A stretch of 64,000 nt of DNA from the human T2T-CHM13v2.0 reference genome, Homo sapiens, in NCBI RefSeq assembly GCF_009914755.1, contig NC_060946.1, one strand, 5' to 3'. The translations under genes and the position numbers were made by a program. This document shows positions 29,170 to 44,679 of the stretch, one piece after another. A model generated the notes under the pieces. That model searched no databases and had not been told where the DNA came from. It saw only the letters and a program-made list of their open reading frames with translations. Position 1 is the stretch's first letter. Each line of letters begins with the position of its first letter.

Positions 29170-31850
29170 AATATGAAATTACATCAAATCTATATTAGGT
29201 ACAAAAAATATGAAAGTACATCAAATATAGATTATATACTGTACATAAAATATCAAAGTACCCCAAATATATATTATATACTCTACATGAAATATCAAAG
29301 TTCACAAACTATATATTATATACTGTACATAAAATATCAAAGTACCCAAGGTATATATTCTATACTGTGCAAAAAATATCAAAGTACCCAAAGCATGTAT
29401 TATATACTGTATATAAAATATGAAAGTACATCAAATACATATTTTATTCTGTACATTAAATATCAAAGTACAACAGATATATATTCTATAGTGTACATAA
29501 AATAACAAAGTACAAAAACTATAAATTATATACTGTACATAAAATATGAAATTACATCAAATATATATTAAGTACATAAAATATGAAAGTATATCGAATA
29601 TAGATTATATACTGTACATAAAATATCAATGTACCCCAAATATATATTTTATACTCTACATGAAATATCAAAGTTCACAAACCATATATTATATACTGTA
29701 CATAAAATATCAAAGTACCCAAGGTATATATTCTATACTATAAAAAAAATATCAAAGTACCCAAACTATACATTATATGCTATACATAAAATATGAGATT
29801 ACATCAAATATATATTATATTAGGTACATAAAATATGAAAGTACATCAAATATAGATTATATACTGTACATAAAATATCAAAGTACCCCAAATATATATT
29901 ATATACTCTACATGAAATATCAAAGTTCACAAACTATATATTATATATTGTACATAAAATATCAAAGTACCCAAGGTATATATTCTATACTGTACAAGAA
30001 ATATCAAAGTACCCAAAGCATGTATTATATACTGTATATAAAATATGAAAGTACATTAAATATATATTTTATTCTGTACATAAAATATCAAAGTACGCCA
30101 GATATATATTCTATAGTGTACATAAAATAACAAAGTACACAAACTATAAATTATATACTGTACATAAAATATGAAATTACATCAAATATATATTAGGTAC
30201 ATAAAATATGAATGTACATCAAATATAGATTATATACTGTACATATAATATCAATGTACCCCAAATATATATTTTATACTCTACATGAAATATCAAAGTT
30301 CACAAACCATACATTATATAGTGTACATAAAATATCAAAGTACTCAAGATATGTATTCTATACTGTACAAATAATATCAAAGTACCCAAAGCATGTATTA
30401 TATTCTGTACATAAAATATGAAAGTACATCAAATATATATTTTATTCTGTACATAAAATATCAAAGTACACCAGATATATATTCTATAGTGTACATAAAA
30501 TATCAAAGTACCCAAACTATATATTATATACTGTACATAAAATATGAAATTACATCAAATATATATTAGGTACATAAAATATGAAAGTACATCAAATATA
30601 GATTATATACTGTACATAAAATAGCAAAGTACCCCAAATATATATTATATACTCTACATGAAATATCAAAGTTCACAAACTATATATTATATACTGTACA
30701 TAAAATATCAAAGTACCCAAGGTATATATTCTATACTGTACAAAAAATATCAAAGTACCCAAAGCAAGTATTATATACTGTACATAAAATATGAAAGTAC
30801 ATCAAATATATATTTTCTTCTGTACATAAAATATCAAAGTACACCAGATATATATTCTATAGTGTACATAAAATAACAAAGTACACAAACTATACATTAT
30901 ATACTGTACATAAAATATGAAATTACATCAAATATATATTAGGTACATAAAATATGAAAGTACATCAAATATAGATTATATACTGTACATAAAATATCAA
31001 AGTACCCCAAATATATGTTATATACTCTACATGAAATATGAAAGTTCACAAACTATATATTATATACTGTACATAAAATATCAAAGTACCCAAGGTATAT
31101 ATTCTATACTGTGCAAAAAATATCAAAGTACCCAAAGCATGTATTATATACTGTATATAAAATATGAAAGTACATCAAATATATATTTTATTCTGTACAA
31201 AAAATATCAAAGTACACCAGATATATATTCTATAGTGTACATAAAATAACAAAGTACAAAAACTATAAATTATATACTGTACATAAAATATGAAATTACA
31301 TCAAATATATATTAAGTACATAAAATATGAAAGTACATCAAATATAGATTATATACTGTACATAAAATATCAATGTACCCCAAATATATATTTTATACTC
31401 TACATGAAATATCAAAGTTCACAAACCATATATTATATACTGTACATAAAATATCAAAGTACCCAAGGTATATATTCTATACTATACAAAAAATATCAAA
31501 GTACCCAAAACATGTATTATATACTGTACATAAAATATGAAAGTACATCAAATATATATTTTATTCTGTACATAAAATATCAAAGTACACCAGATATATA
31601 TTCTATAGTGTACATAAAATATCAAAGTACCCAAACTATACATTATATGCTATACATAAAATATGAGATTACATCAAATATATATTATATTAGGTACATA
31701 AAATATGAAAGTACATCAAATATAGATTATATACTGTACATAAAATATCAAAGTACCCCAAATATATATTATATACTCTACATGAAATATCAAAGTTCAC
31801 AAACTATATATTATATACTGTACATAAAATATCAAAGTACCCAAGGTATA
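29170..31850. repeat. Older duplication with 1744-bp offset; the first copy carries a 3-monomer deletion
   Basis: ORFs 29173/30917 and 29546/31290 are offset 1744 (373+247+378+373+373). Shared variants are CTGTGCAAAA, ATTAAGTAC and ATATGCTATACATAAAATATGAGATT. Confidence 0.8.
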
Positions 31851-32154
31851 TATTCTATACTGTACAAAAGATATCAAAGTACCCAAAGCATGTATTATAT
31901 ACTGTACATAAAATATGAAAGTACATCAAATATATATTTTATTCTGTACATAAAATATCAAAGTACACCAGATATATATTCTATAGAGTACATAAAATAA
32001 CAAAGTACAAAAACTATAAATTATATACTGTACATAAAATATGAAATTACATCAAATACATATTAGGCACATAAAATATGAAAGTACATCAAATATAGAT
32101 TATATACTGTACATAAAATATCAATGTACCCCAAATATATATTTTATACTCTAC

Positions 32155-35100
32155 ATGAAATATCAAAGTTCACAAACCATATCTTATATACTGTACATAA
32201 AATATCAATGTAACCAAGGTATATATTCTATACTGTACAAAAAATATCAAAGTACCCAAAGCATGTATTATATACTGTACATAAAATATGAAAGTACATC
32301 AAATATATATTTTATTCTGTACATAAAATATCAAAGTACACCAGATATATATTCCATAGTGTACATAAAATATCAAAGTACCCAAACTATACATTATATA
32401 CTGTACATAAAATATGAAATTACATCAAATACATTTTATATTAGGTACATAAAATATGAAATTACATCAAATATAGATTATATAATGTACATTACATACC
32501 AAAGTACCCCAAATATATATTTTATACTGTACATGAAATATCAAAGTTCACAAACTATATATTATATACTGTACATGTAATATCAAAGTACCCGAGGTAT
32601 ATATTCTATACTGTACAAAAAATAACAAAGTCCCAAAAGCATGTATTATATACTGTACATAAAATATGAAAGCACATCAAATATATATTTTATTCTGTAC
32701 ATAAAATATCAAAGTACACCAGATATATATTCTATAAAGTACATAAAATATCAAAGTACCCAAACTATACATTATATACTGTACATAAAATATGAAATTA
32801 CATCAAATATAGATTATATTAGGTACATAAAATATGAAAGTACATCAAATATAGATTATATACTGTACATTGAATACCAAAGTACCCCAAATATATATTT
32901 TATACTGTACATGAAATATCAAAGTTCACAAACTATATATTATATACTGTACATAAAATATCAAAGTACCCAAGGTATATATTCTATACTCTAAAAAAAA
33001 TATCAAAGTACCCAAAGCATGTATTATATACTGTATATAAAATATGAAAGTACATTAAATATATATTTTATTCTGTACATAAAATATCAAAGTACACCAG
33101 ATATATATTCTATAGTGTACATAAAATTACAAAGTACACAAACTATACACTATACACTGTACATAAAATATGAAATTACATCAAATATATATTAGGTACA
33201 TAAAATATGAAAGTACATCAAATATAGATTATATACTGTACATATAATATCAACGTACCCCAAATATATATTTTATACTCTACATGAAATATCAAAGTTC
33301 ACAAACCATACATTATATACTGTACATAAAATATCAAAGTACCCAAGGTATATATTCTATACTGTACAAAAAATATCAAAGTACCCAAAGCATGTATTAT
33401 ATACTGTACATAAAATATGAAATTACATCAAATATATATTTTATTCTGTACTTAAAATATCAAAGTACACAAGATATATATTCTATAGTGTACATAAAAT
33501 ATCAAAGTACCCAAACTATACATTATATACTGTACATAAAATATGAAATTACATCAAATATATATTATATTAGGTACATGAAATATGAAAGTACATCAAA
33601 TATAGATTATATACTGTACATTAAATACCAAAGTACCCCAAATATATATTATATACTCTACATGAAATATCAAAGTTCACACACTATATATTATATACTT
33701 TACATAAAATATCAAAGTACCCAACTTATATATTCTATACTGTACAAAAAACATCAAAGTACCCAAAGCATGTATTATATACTGTACATAAAATATGAAA
33801 GTACATCAAATATATCTTTTATTCTGTACATAATATATCAAAGTACACCAGATATATATTCTATAGTGTACATAAAATAACAAAGTACAAAAACTATAAA
33901 TTCTATACTGTACATAAAATATGAAATTACATCAAATACATATTAGGTACATAAAATATGAAAGTATATCAAATATAGATTATATACTGTACATAAAATA
34001 TCAATGTACCCCAAATATATATTTTATACTCTACATGAAATATCAAAGTTCACAAACCATATATTATATACTGTACATAAAATATCAAAGTACCCAAGGT
34101 ATATATTCTATACTATACAAAAAATATCAAAGTACCCAAAGCATGTATTATATACTGTACATAAAATATGAAAGTACATCAAATATATATTTTATTCTGT
34201 ACATAAAATATCAAAGTACACCAGATATATATTCTATAGTGTACATAAAATATCAAAATACCCAAACTATACATTATATAATGTACATAAAATATGAGAT
34301 TACATCAAATATATATTATATTAGGTACATAAAATATGAAAGTACATCAAATATAGATTATATACTGTACATAAAATATCAAATACCCCAAATATATATT
34401 ATATACTCTACATGAAATATCAAAGTTCACAAACTATATATTATATACTGTACATAAAATATCAAAGTACCCAAGGTATATATTCTATAATGTAGAAAAA
34501 ATATCAAAGTACCCAAAGCGTGTATTTTATACTGTATATAAAATATGAAATTACATCAAATATATATTTTATTCTGTACATAAAATATCAAAGTACACCA
34601 GATATATATTCTATAGTGTACATAAAATATCAAAGTACCGAAACTATACATTATATACTGTACATAAAATATGAAATTACATCAAATATATATTATATTA
34701 GGTACATAAAATACGAAAGTACATCAAATATAGATTATATACTGTACATTAAATACCAAAGTACCCCAAATATATATTTTATACTGTACATGAAATATCA
34801 AAGTTCACAAACTATATATTATATACTGTACATAAAATATCAAAGTACCCAAGGTATATATTCTATACTGTACAAAAAATATCAAAGTACCCAAAGCATG
34901 TATTATATACTGTACATAAAATATGAAAGTACATTAAATATATATTTTATTCTGTACATAAAATATCAAAGTACACCAGATATATATTCTATAGTGTACA
35001 TAAAATAACAAAGTACACAAACTATAAATTATATACTGTACATAAAATATGAAATTACATCAAATATATATTAGGTACATAAAATATGAAAGTACATCAA

Positions 35101-38100
35101 ATATAGATTATATACTGTACATATAATATCAATGTACCCCAAATATATATTTTATACTCTACATGAAATATCAAAGTTCACAAACCATACATTATATACT
35201 GTACATAAAATATCAAAGTACCCAAGGTATGTATTCTATACTGTACAAAAAATATCAAAGTACCCAAAGCATGTATTATATTCTGTACATAAAATATGAA
35301 AGTACATCAAATATATATTTTATTCTGTACATAAAATATCAAAGTACACCAGATATATATTCTATAGTGTACATAAAATATCAAAGTACCCAAACTATAC
35401 ATTATATACTGTACATAAAATATGAAATTACATCAAATATATATTAGGTACATAAAATATGAAAGTACATCAAATATAGATTATATACTGTACATAAAAT
35501 ATCAAAGTACCCCAAATATATATTATATACTCTACATGAAATATCAAAGTTCACACACTATATATTATATACTGTACATAAAATATCAAAGTACCCAAGG
35601 TATATATTCTATACTGTACAAAAAATATCAAAGTACCCAAAGCATGTATTATATACTGTACATAAAATATGAAAGTACATCAAATATATATTTTATTCTG
35701 TACATAAAATATCAAAGTACACCAGATATATATTCTATAGTGTACATAAAATAACAAAGTACACAAACTATAAATTCTATACTGTACATAAAATATGAAA
35801 TTACATCAAATATATATTAGGTACATAAAATATGAAAGTACATCAAATATAGATTATATACTGTACATAAAATAGCAATGTACCCCTAATATATATTTTA
35901 TACTCTACATGAAATATCAAAGTTCACAAACCATATATTGTATACTGTACATAAAATATCAAAGTACCCAAGGTATGTATTCTATACTGTACAAAAAATA
36001 TCAAAGTACCCAAGGTATATATTCTATACTGTACAAAAGATATCAAAGTACCCAAAGCATGTATTATATACTGTACATAAAATATGAAAGTACATCAAAT
36101 ATATATTTTATTCTGTACATAAAATATCAAAGTACACCAGATATATATTCTATAGTGTACATAAAATATCAAAGTACCCACACTATTTATTATATACTGT
36201 ACATAAAATATGAAATTACATCAAATATATATTATATTAGGTACATAAAATATGAAAGTACATCAAATATAGATTATATACTGTACATTAAATACCAAAG
36301 TACCCCAAATATATATTTTATACTGTACATAAAAAATCAAAGTTCACAAACTATATATTATATACTGTACATAAAATATCAAAGTACCCAAGGTATATAT
36401 TCTATACTGTACAAAAAATATCAAAGTACCCAAAGCATGTATTATATACTGGACATAAAATATGAAAGTACATCAAATATATATTTTATTCTGTACATAA
36501 AATATCAAAGTACACCAGATATATATTCTATAGTGTACATAAAATAACAAAGTACCCAAACTATACATTATATACTGTACATAAAATATGAAATTACATC
36601 ATATATATATTAGGTACATAAAATATGAAAGTACATCAAATATAGATTATATACTGTACATAAGATATCAAAGTACCCCAAATATATATTATATACTCTA
36701 CATGAAATATCAAAGTTCACAAACTATATATTATATACTGTGCCTAAAATATAAAAGTACCCAAGGTATATATTCTATACTGTACAAAAAATATCAAAGT
36801 ACCCAAAGCATGTATTATATACTGTACATAAAATATGAAAGTACATCAAATATATATTTTATTCTGTACATAAAATATCAAAGTACACCAGATATATATT
36901 CTATAGTGTACATAAAATAACAAAGTACACAAACTATACATTATATACTGTACATAAAATATGAAATTACATCAAATATATATTAGGTACATAAAATATG
37001 CAATTACATCAAATATAGATTTTATACTGTACATAAAATATCAAAGTACCCCAAATATATATTTTATACTGTACATGAAATATCAAAGTTCACACACTAT
37101 ATATTATATACTGTACATAAAATATCAAAGTACCCAACTTATATATTCTATACTTTACAAAAAACATCAAAGTACCCAAAGCATGTATTATATACTGTAC
37201 ATAAAATATGAAAGTACATCAAATATATCTTTTATTCTGTACATAATATATCAAAGTACACCAGATATATATTCTATAGTGTACATAAAATAACAAAGTA
37301 CAAAAACTATAAATTCTATACTGTACATAAAATATGAAATTACATCAAATACATATTAGGTACATAAAATATGAAAGTACATCAAATATAGATTATATAC
37401 TGTACATAAAATATCAATGTACCCCAAATATATATTTTATACTCTACATGAAATATCAAAGTTCACAAACCATATATTATATACTGTACATAAAATATCA
37501 AAGTACCCAAGGTATATATTCTATACTATACAAAAAATATCAAAGTACCCAAAGCATGTATTATATACTGTACATAAAATATGAAAGTACATCAAATATA
37601 TATTTTATTCTGTACATAAAATATCAAAGTACACCAGATATATATTCTATAGTGTACATAAAATATCAAAATACCCAAACTATACATTATATACTGTACA
37701 TAAAATATGAGATTACATCAAATATATATTATATTAGGTACATAAAATATGAAAGTACATCAAATATAGATTATATACTGTACATAAAATATCAAATACC
37801 CCAAATATATATTATATACTCTACATGAAATATCAAAGTTCACAAGCCATATCTTATATACTGTACATAAAATATCAATGTAACCAAGGTATATATTCTA
37901 TACTGTACAAAAAATATCAAAGTACCCAAAGCATGTATTATATACTGTACATAAAATATGAAAGTACATCAAATATATATTTTATTCTGTACATAAAATA
38001 TCAAAGTACACCAGATATATATTCCATAGTGTACATAAAATATCAAAGTACCCAAACTATACATATTATATTGTACATAAAATATGAAATTACATCAAAT

Positions 38101-39430
38101 ATATTTTATATTAGGTACATAAAATATGAAAGTACATCAAATATAGATTATATACTGTACATTACATACCAAAGTACCCCAAATATATATTTTATACTGT
38201 ACATGAAATATCAAAGTTCACAAACTATATATTATATACTGTACATTTAATATCAAAGTACCCGAGGTATATATTCTATACTGTACAAAAAATAACAAAG
38301 TCCCAAAAGCATGTATTATATACTGTACATAAAATATGAAAGCACATCAAATATATATTTTATTCTGTACATAAAATATCAAAGTACACCAGATATATAT
38401 TCTATAGAGTACATAAAATATCAAAGTACCCAAACTATACATTATATACTGTACATAAAATATGAAATTACATCAAATATATATTATATTAGGTACATAA
38501 AATATGAAAGTACATCAAATATAGATTATATACTGTACATTGAATACCAAAGTACCCCAAATATATATTTTATACTGTACATGAAATATCAAAGTTCACA
38601 AACTATATATTATATACTGTACATAAAATATCAAAGTACCCAAGGTATATATTCTATACTCTACAAAAAATATCAAAGTACCCAAAGCATGTATTATATA
38701 CTGTATATAAAATATGAAAGTACATTAAATATATATTTTATTCTGTACATAAAATATCAAAGTACACCAGATATATATTCTATAGTGTACATAAAATTAC
38801 AAAGTACACAAACTATACACTATATACTGTACATAAAATATGAAATTACATCAAATATATATTAGGTACATAAAATATGAAAGTACATCAAATATAGATT
38901 ATATACTGTACATATAATATCAACGTACCCCAAATATATATTTTATACTCTACATGAAATATCAAAGTTCACAAACCATACATTATATACTGTACATAAA
39001 ATATCAAAGTACCCAAGGTATATATTCTATACTGTACAAAAAATATCAAAGTACCCAAAGCATGTATTATATACTGTACATAAAATATGAAATTACATCA
39101 AATATATATTTTATTCTGTACTTAAAATATCAAAGTACACAAGATATATATTCTATAGTGTACATAAAATATCAAAGTACCCAAACTATACATTATATAC
39201 TGTACATAAAATATGAAATTACATCAAATATATATTATATCAGGTACATGAAATATGAAAGTACATCAAATATAGATTATATACTGTACATTAAATACCA
39301 AAGTACCCCAAATATATATTTTATACTGTACATGAAATATCAAAGTTCACACAGTATATATTATATACTTTACATAAAATATCAAAGTACCCAACTTATA
39401 TATTCTATACTGTACAAAAAACATCAAAGT
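32155..39430. repeat. Duplicated block with 5670-bp offset; about 32155-33760 copied at about 37825-39430
   Basis: ORFs 32641/38311 and 33284/38954 are offset 5670. Shared variants are ATCTTATA, ATGTAACC, ATTACATACC, AGTCCC, AGCACATC and TTGAATACC. Confidence 0.9.
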
Positions 39431-41630
39431 ACCCAAAGCATGTATTATATACTGTACATAAAATATGAAAGTACATCAAATATATATTTTATTCTGTACA
39501 TAAAATATCAAAGTACACCAGATATATATTCTATAGTGTACATAAAATAACAAAGTACACAAACTATAAATTCTATACTGTACATAAAATATGAAATTAC
39601 ATCAAATATATATTAGGTAGATAAAATATGAAAGTACATCAAATATAGATTATATACTGTACATAAAATATCAATGTACCCCAAATATATATTTTATACT
39701 CTACATGAAATATCAAAGTTCACAAACCATATATTGTATACTGTACATAAAATATCAAAGTACCCAAGGTATGTATTCTATACTGTACAAAAAATATCAA
39801 AGTACCCAAGGTATATATTCTATACTGTACAAAAGATATCAAAGTACCCAAAGCATGTATTATATACTGTACATAAAATATGAAAGTACATCAAATATAT
39901 ATTTTATTCTGTACATAAAATATCAAAGTACACCAGATATATATTCTATAGTGTACATAAAATATCAAAGTACCCACACTATTTATTATATACTGTACAT
40001 AAAATATGAAATTACATCAAATATATATTATATTAGGTACATAAAATATGAAAGTACATCAAATATAGATTATATACTGTACATTAAATACCAAAGTACC
40101 CCAAATATATATTTTATACTGTACATAAAAAATCAAAGTTCACAAACTATATATTATATACTGTACATAAAATATCAAAGTACCCAAGGTATATATTCTA
40201 TACTGTACAAAAAATATCAAAGTACCCAAAGCATGTATTATATACTGGACATAAAATATGAAAGTACATCAAATATATATTTTATTCTGTACATAAAATA
40301 TCAAAGTACACCAGATATATATTCTATAGTGTACATAAAATAACAAAGTACCCAAACTATACATTATATACTGTACATAAAATATGAAATTACATCATAT
40401 ATATATTAGGTACATAAAATATGAAAGTACATCAAATATAGAATATATACTGTACATAAAATATCAAAGTACCCCAAATATATATTATATACTCTACATG
40501 AAATATCAAAGTTCACAAACTATATATTATATACTGTGCCTAAAATATAAAAGTACCCAAGGTATATATTCTATACTGTACAAAAAATATCAAAGTACCC
40601 AAAGCATGTATTATATACTGTACATAAAATATGAAAGTACATCAAATATATATTTTATTCTGTACATAAAATATCAAAGTACACCAGATAAATATTCTAT
40701 AGTGTACATAAAATAACAAAGTACACAAACTATACATTATATACTGTACATAAAATATGAAATTACAGCAAATATATATTAGGTACATAAAATATGCAAT
40801 TACATCAAATATAGATTTTATACTGTACATAAAATATCAAAGTACCCCAAATATATATTTTATACTGTACATGAAATATCAAAGTTCACACACTATATAT
40901 TATATACTGTACATAAAATATCAAAGTACCCAACTTATATATTCTATACTGTACAAAAAACATCAAAGTACCCAAAGCATGTATTATATACTATACATAA
41001 AATATGAAAGTACATCAAATATATCTTTTATTCTGTACATAATATATCAAAGTACACCAGATATATATTCTATAGTGTACATAAAATAACAAAGTACAAA
41101 AACTATAAATTCTATACTGTACATAAAATATGAAATTACATCAAATACATATTAGGTACATAAAATATGAAAGTACATCAAATATAGATTATATACTGTA
41201 CATAAAATATCAATGTACCCCAAATATATATTTTATACTCTACATGAAAAATCAAAGTTCACAAACCATATATTATATACTGTACATAAAATATCAAAGT
41301 ACCCAAGGTATATATTCTATACTATACAAAAAATATCAAAGTACCCAAAGCATGTATTATATACTGTACATAAAATATGAAAGTACATCAAATATATATT
41401 TTATTCTGTACATAAAATATCAAAGTACACCAGATATATATTCTATAGTGTACATAAAATATCAAAATACCCAAACTATACATTATATACTGTACATAAA
41501 ATATGAGATTACATCAAATATATATTATATTAGGTACATAAAATATGAAAGTACATCAAATATAGATTATATACTGTACATAAAATATCAAATACCCCAA
41601 ATATATATTATATACTCTACATGAAATATC
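35690..41630. repeat. Duplicated block with 3796-bp offset; about 35690-37830 copied at about 39490-41630
   Basis: ORFs 35909/39705, 36588/40384, 36961/40757 and 37334/41130 are offset 3796 = 10x378 + 42 - 5x5 - 1. Both copies share an extra CCCAAGGT monomer, TGTGCCTAAAA, ATGCAATTAC and CAAATACCCC. Confidence 0.92.
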
Positions 41631-44600
41631 AAAGTTCACAAACTATATATTATATACTGTACATAAAATATCAAAGTACCCAAGGTATATATTCCATACT
41701 GTACAAAAAATATCAAAGTACCCAAAGCATGTATTATATACTGTATATAAAATATGAAAGTACTTTAAATATATATTTTATTCTGTACATAAAATATCAA
41801 AGTACACCAGATATATATTCTATAGTGTACATAAAATTACAAAGTACACAAACTATAAATTATATACTGTACATAAAATATGAAATTACATCAAATATAT
41901 ATTATATTAGGTACATAAAATATGAAAGTACATCAAATATAGATTATATACTGTACATTGAATACCAAAGTACCCCAAATATATATTTAATACTGTACAT
42001 GAAATATCAAAGTTCACAAACTATATATTATATACTGTACATAAAATATCAAAGTACCCAAGGTATATATTCTATACTCTACAAAAAATATCAAAGTACC
42101 CAAAGCATGTATTATATACTGTATATAAAATATGAAAGTACATCAAATATATATTTTATTCTGTACATAAAATATCAAAGTACACCAGATATATATTCTA
42201 TAGTGTACATAAAATATCAAAGTACCCAAACTATACATTATATACTGTACATTAAATATGAAATTACATCAAATATATATTAGGTACATAAAATATGAAA
42301 GTACATCAAATATAGATTATATACTGTACATATAATATCAATGTACCCCAAATATATATTTTATACTCTACATGAAATATCAAAGTTCACAAACTATATA
42401 CTATATACTGTACATATAATATCAAAGTACCCAAGGTATATATTCTATACTGTACAAAAAATAACAAAGTACCAAAAGCATGTATTATATACTGTACCTA
42501 AAATATGAAAGTACATCAAATATATATTTTATTCTGTACATAAAATATCAAAGTACACCAGATATATATTCTATAGTGTACTTAAAATATCACAGTACCC
42601 AAACTATACATTATATACTGTACATAAAATATGAAATTACATAAAATATATATTATATTAGGTACATAAAATATGAAAGTACATCAAATATAGATTATAT
42701 ACTGTACATTAAATACCAAAGTACCCCAAATATATATTTTATACTGTATATGAAATATCAAACTTCACAAACTATATATTATATACTGTACATAAAATAT
42801 CAAAGTACCCAAGGTATATCTTCTATACTGTACAAAAGATATCAAAGTACCCAAAGCATGTATTATATACTGTACATAAAATATGAAAGTACATCAAATA
42901 TATATTTTATTCTGTACATAAAATATCAAGGTACACCAGATATATATTCTATAGTGTACATAAAATATAAAAGTACCGAAACTATTTATTATATACTGTA
43001 CATAAAATATGAAATTATATCAAATATATATTATATTAGGTACATAAAATATGAAAGTACATCAAATATAGATTATATACTGTACATTAAATACCAAAGT
43101 ACCCCAAATATATATTTTATACTGTACATGAAATATCAAAGTTCACAAACTATATATTATATACTGTACATAAAATATCAAAGTACCCAAGGTGTATATT
43201 CTATACTGTACAAAAAATATCAAAGTACCCAAAGCATGTATTATATACTGTACATAAAATATGAAAGTACATCCAATATATATTTTATTCTGTACATAAA
43301 ATATCAAAGTACACCAGATATATATTCTATAGTGTACATAAAATAACAAAGTACACAAACTATACATTATATACTGTACATAAAATATGAAATTACATCA
43401 AATATATATTAGGTACATAAAATATGAAAGAACATCAAATATAGATTATATACTGTACATAAAATATCAAAGTACCCCAAATATATATTATATACTCTAC
43501 ATGAAATATCAAAGTTCACAAACTATATATTATATACTGTACATAAAATATCAAAGTACCCAAGGTATATATTCTATACTGTACAAAAAATATCAAAGTA
43601 CCCAAAGCATGTATTATATACTGTATATAAAATATGAAAGTACATCAAATATATATTTTATTCTGCACATAAAATATCAAAATACACCAGATATATATTC
43701 TATAGTGTACATAAAATAACAAAGTACACAAACTATACATTATATACTGTACATAAAATATGAAATTACATCAAATATATATGAGGTACATAAAATATGA
43801 AAGTACATCAAATATAGATTATATACTGTACATATAATATCAACGTACCCCAAATATATATTTTATACTCTACATGAAATATCAAAGTTCACAAACCATA
43901 TATTATATAATGTACATAAAGTATCAAAGTACCCAAGGTATATATTCTATACTGTACAAAAAATATCAAAGTACCCAAAGCATGTATTATATAATGTACA
44001 TAAAATATGAAAGTACATCAAATATAGATTATATACTGTACATAAAATATCAAAGTACCCCAAATATATATTATATACTCTACATGAAATATCAAAGTTC
44101 ACAAACTATATATTATATACTGTACATAAAATATGAAATTACATCAAATATATTTTATATTAGGTACATAAAATATGAAAGTACATCAAATATAGATTAT
44201 ATACTTTACATTAAATACCAAAGTACCCCAAATATATATTTTATACTGTACATGAAATATCAAAGTTCACAAACTATATATTATATACTGTAAATGTAAT
44301 ATCAAAGTACCCAAGGTATATATTCTATACTGTACAAAAAATAACAAAGTACCAAAAGCATGTATTATATACTGTACCTAAAATTTGAAAGTACATCAAA
44401 TATATATTTTATTCTGTACATAAAATATCAAAGTACACCAGATATATATTCTATAGTTTACATAAAATATCAAAGTACCCAAACTATACATTATATACTG
44501 TACATAAAATATGAAATTACATCAAATATATATTATATTAGGTACATAAAATATGAAAGTACATCAAATATAGATTATATACTGTACATTAAATACCAAA

Positions 44601-44679
44601 GTACACCAAATATATATTTTATACTGTACGTGAAATATCAAAGTTCTCAAACTATATATTATATACTGTACATAAAATA

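Noticed and set aside
5343-43367. Short - strand ORFs (e.g. 5343-5552, 9143-9382, 21094-21318, 43143-43367) with hydrophobic translations
   Set aside because: They are reverse-complement readings of the satellite, opened by chance loss of a stop codon.
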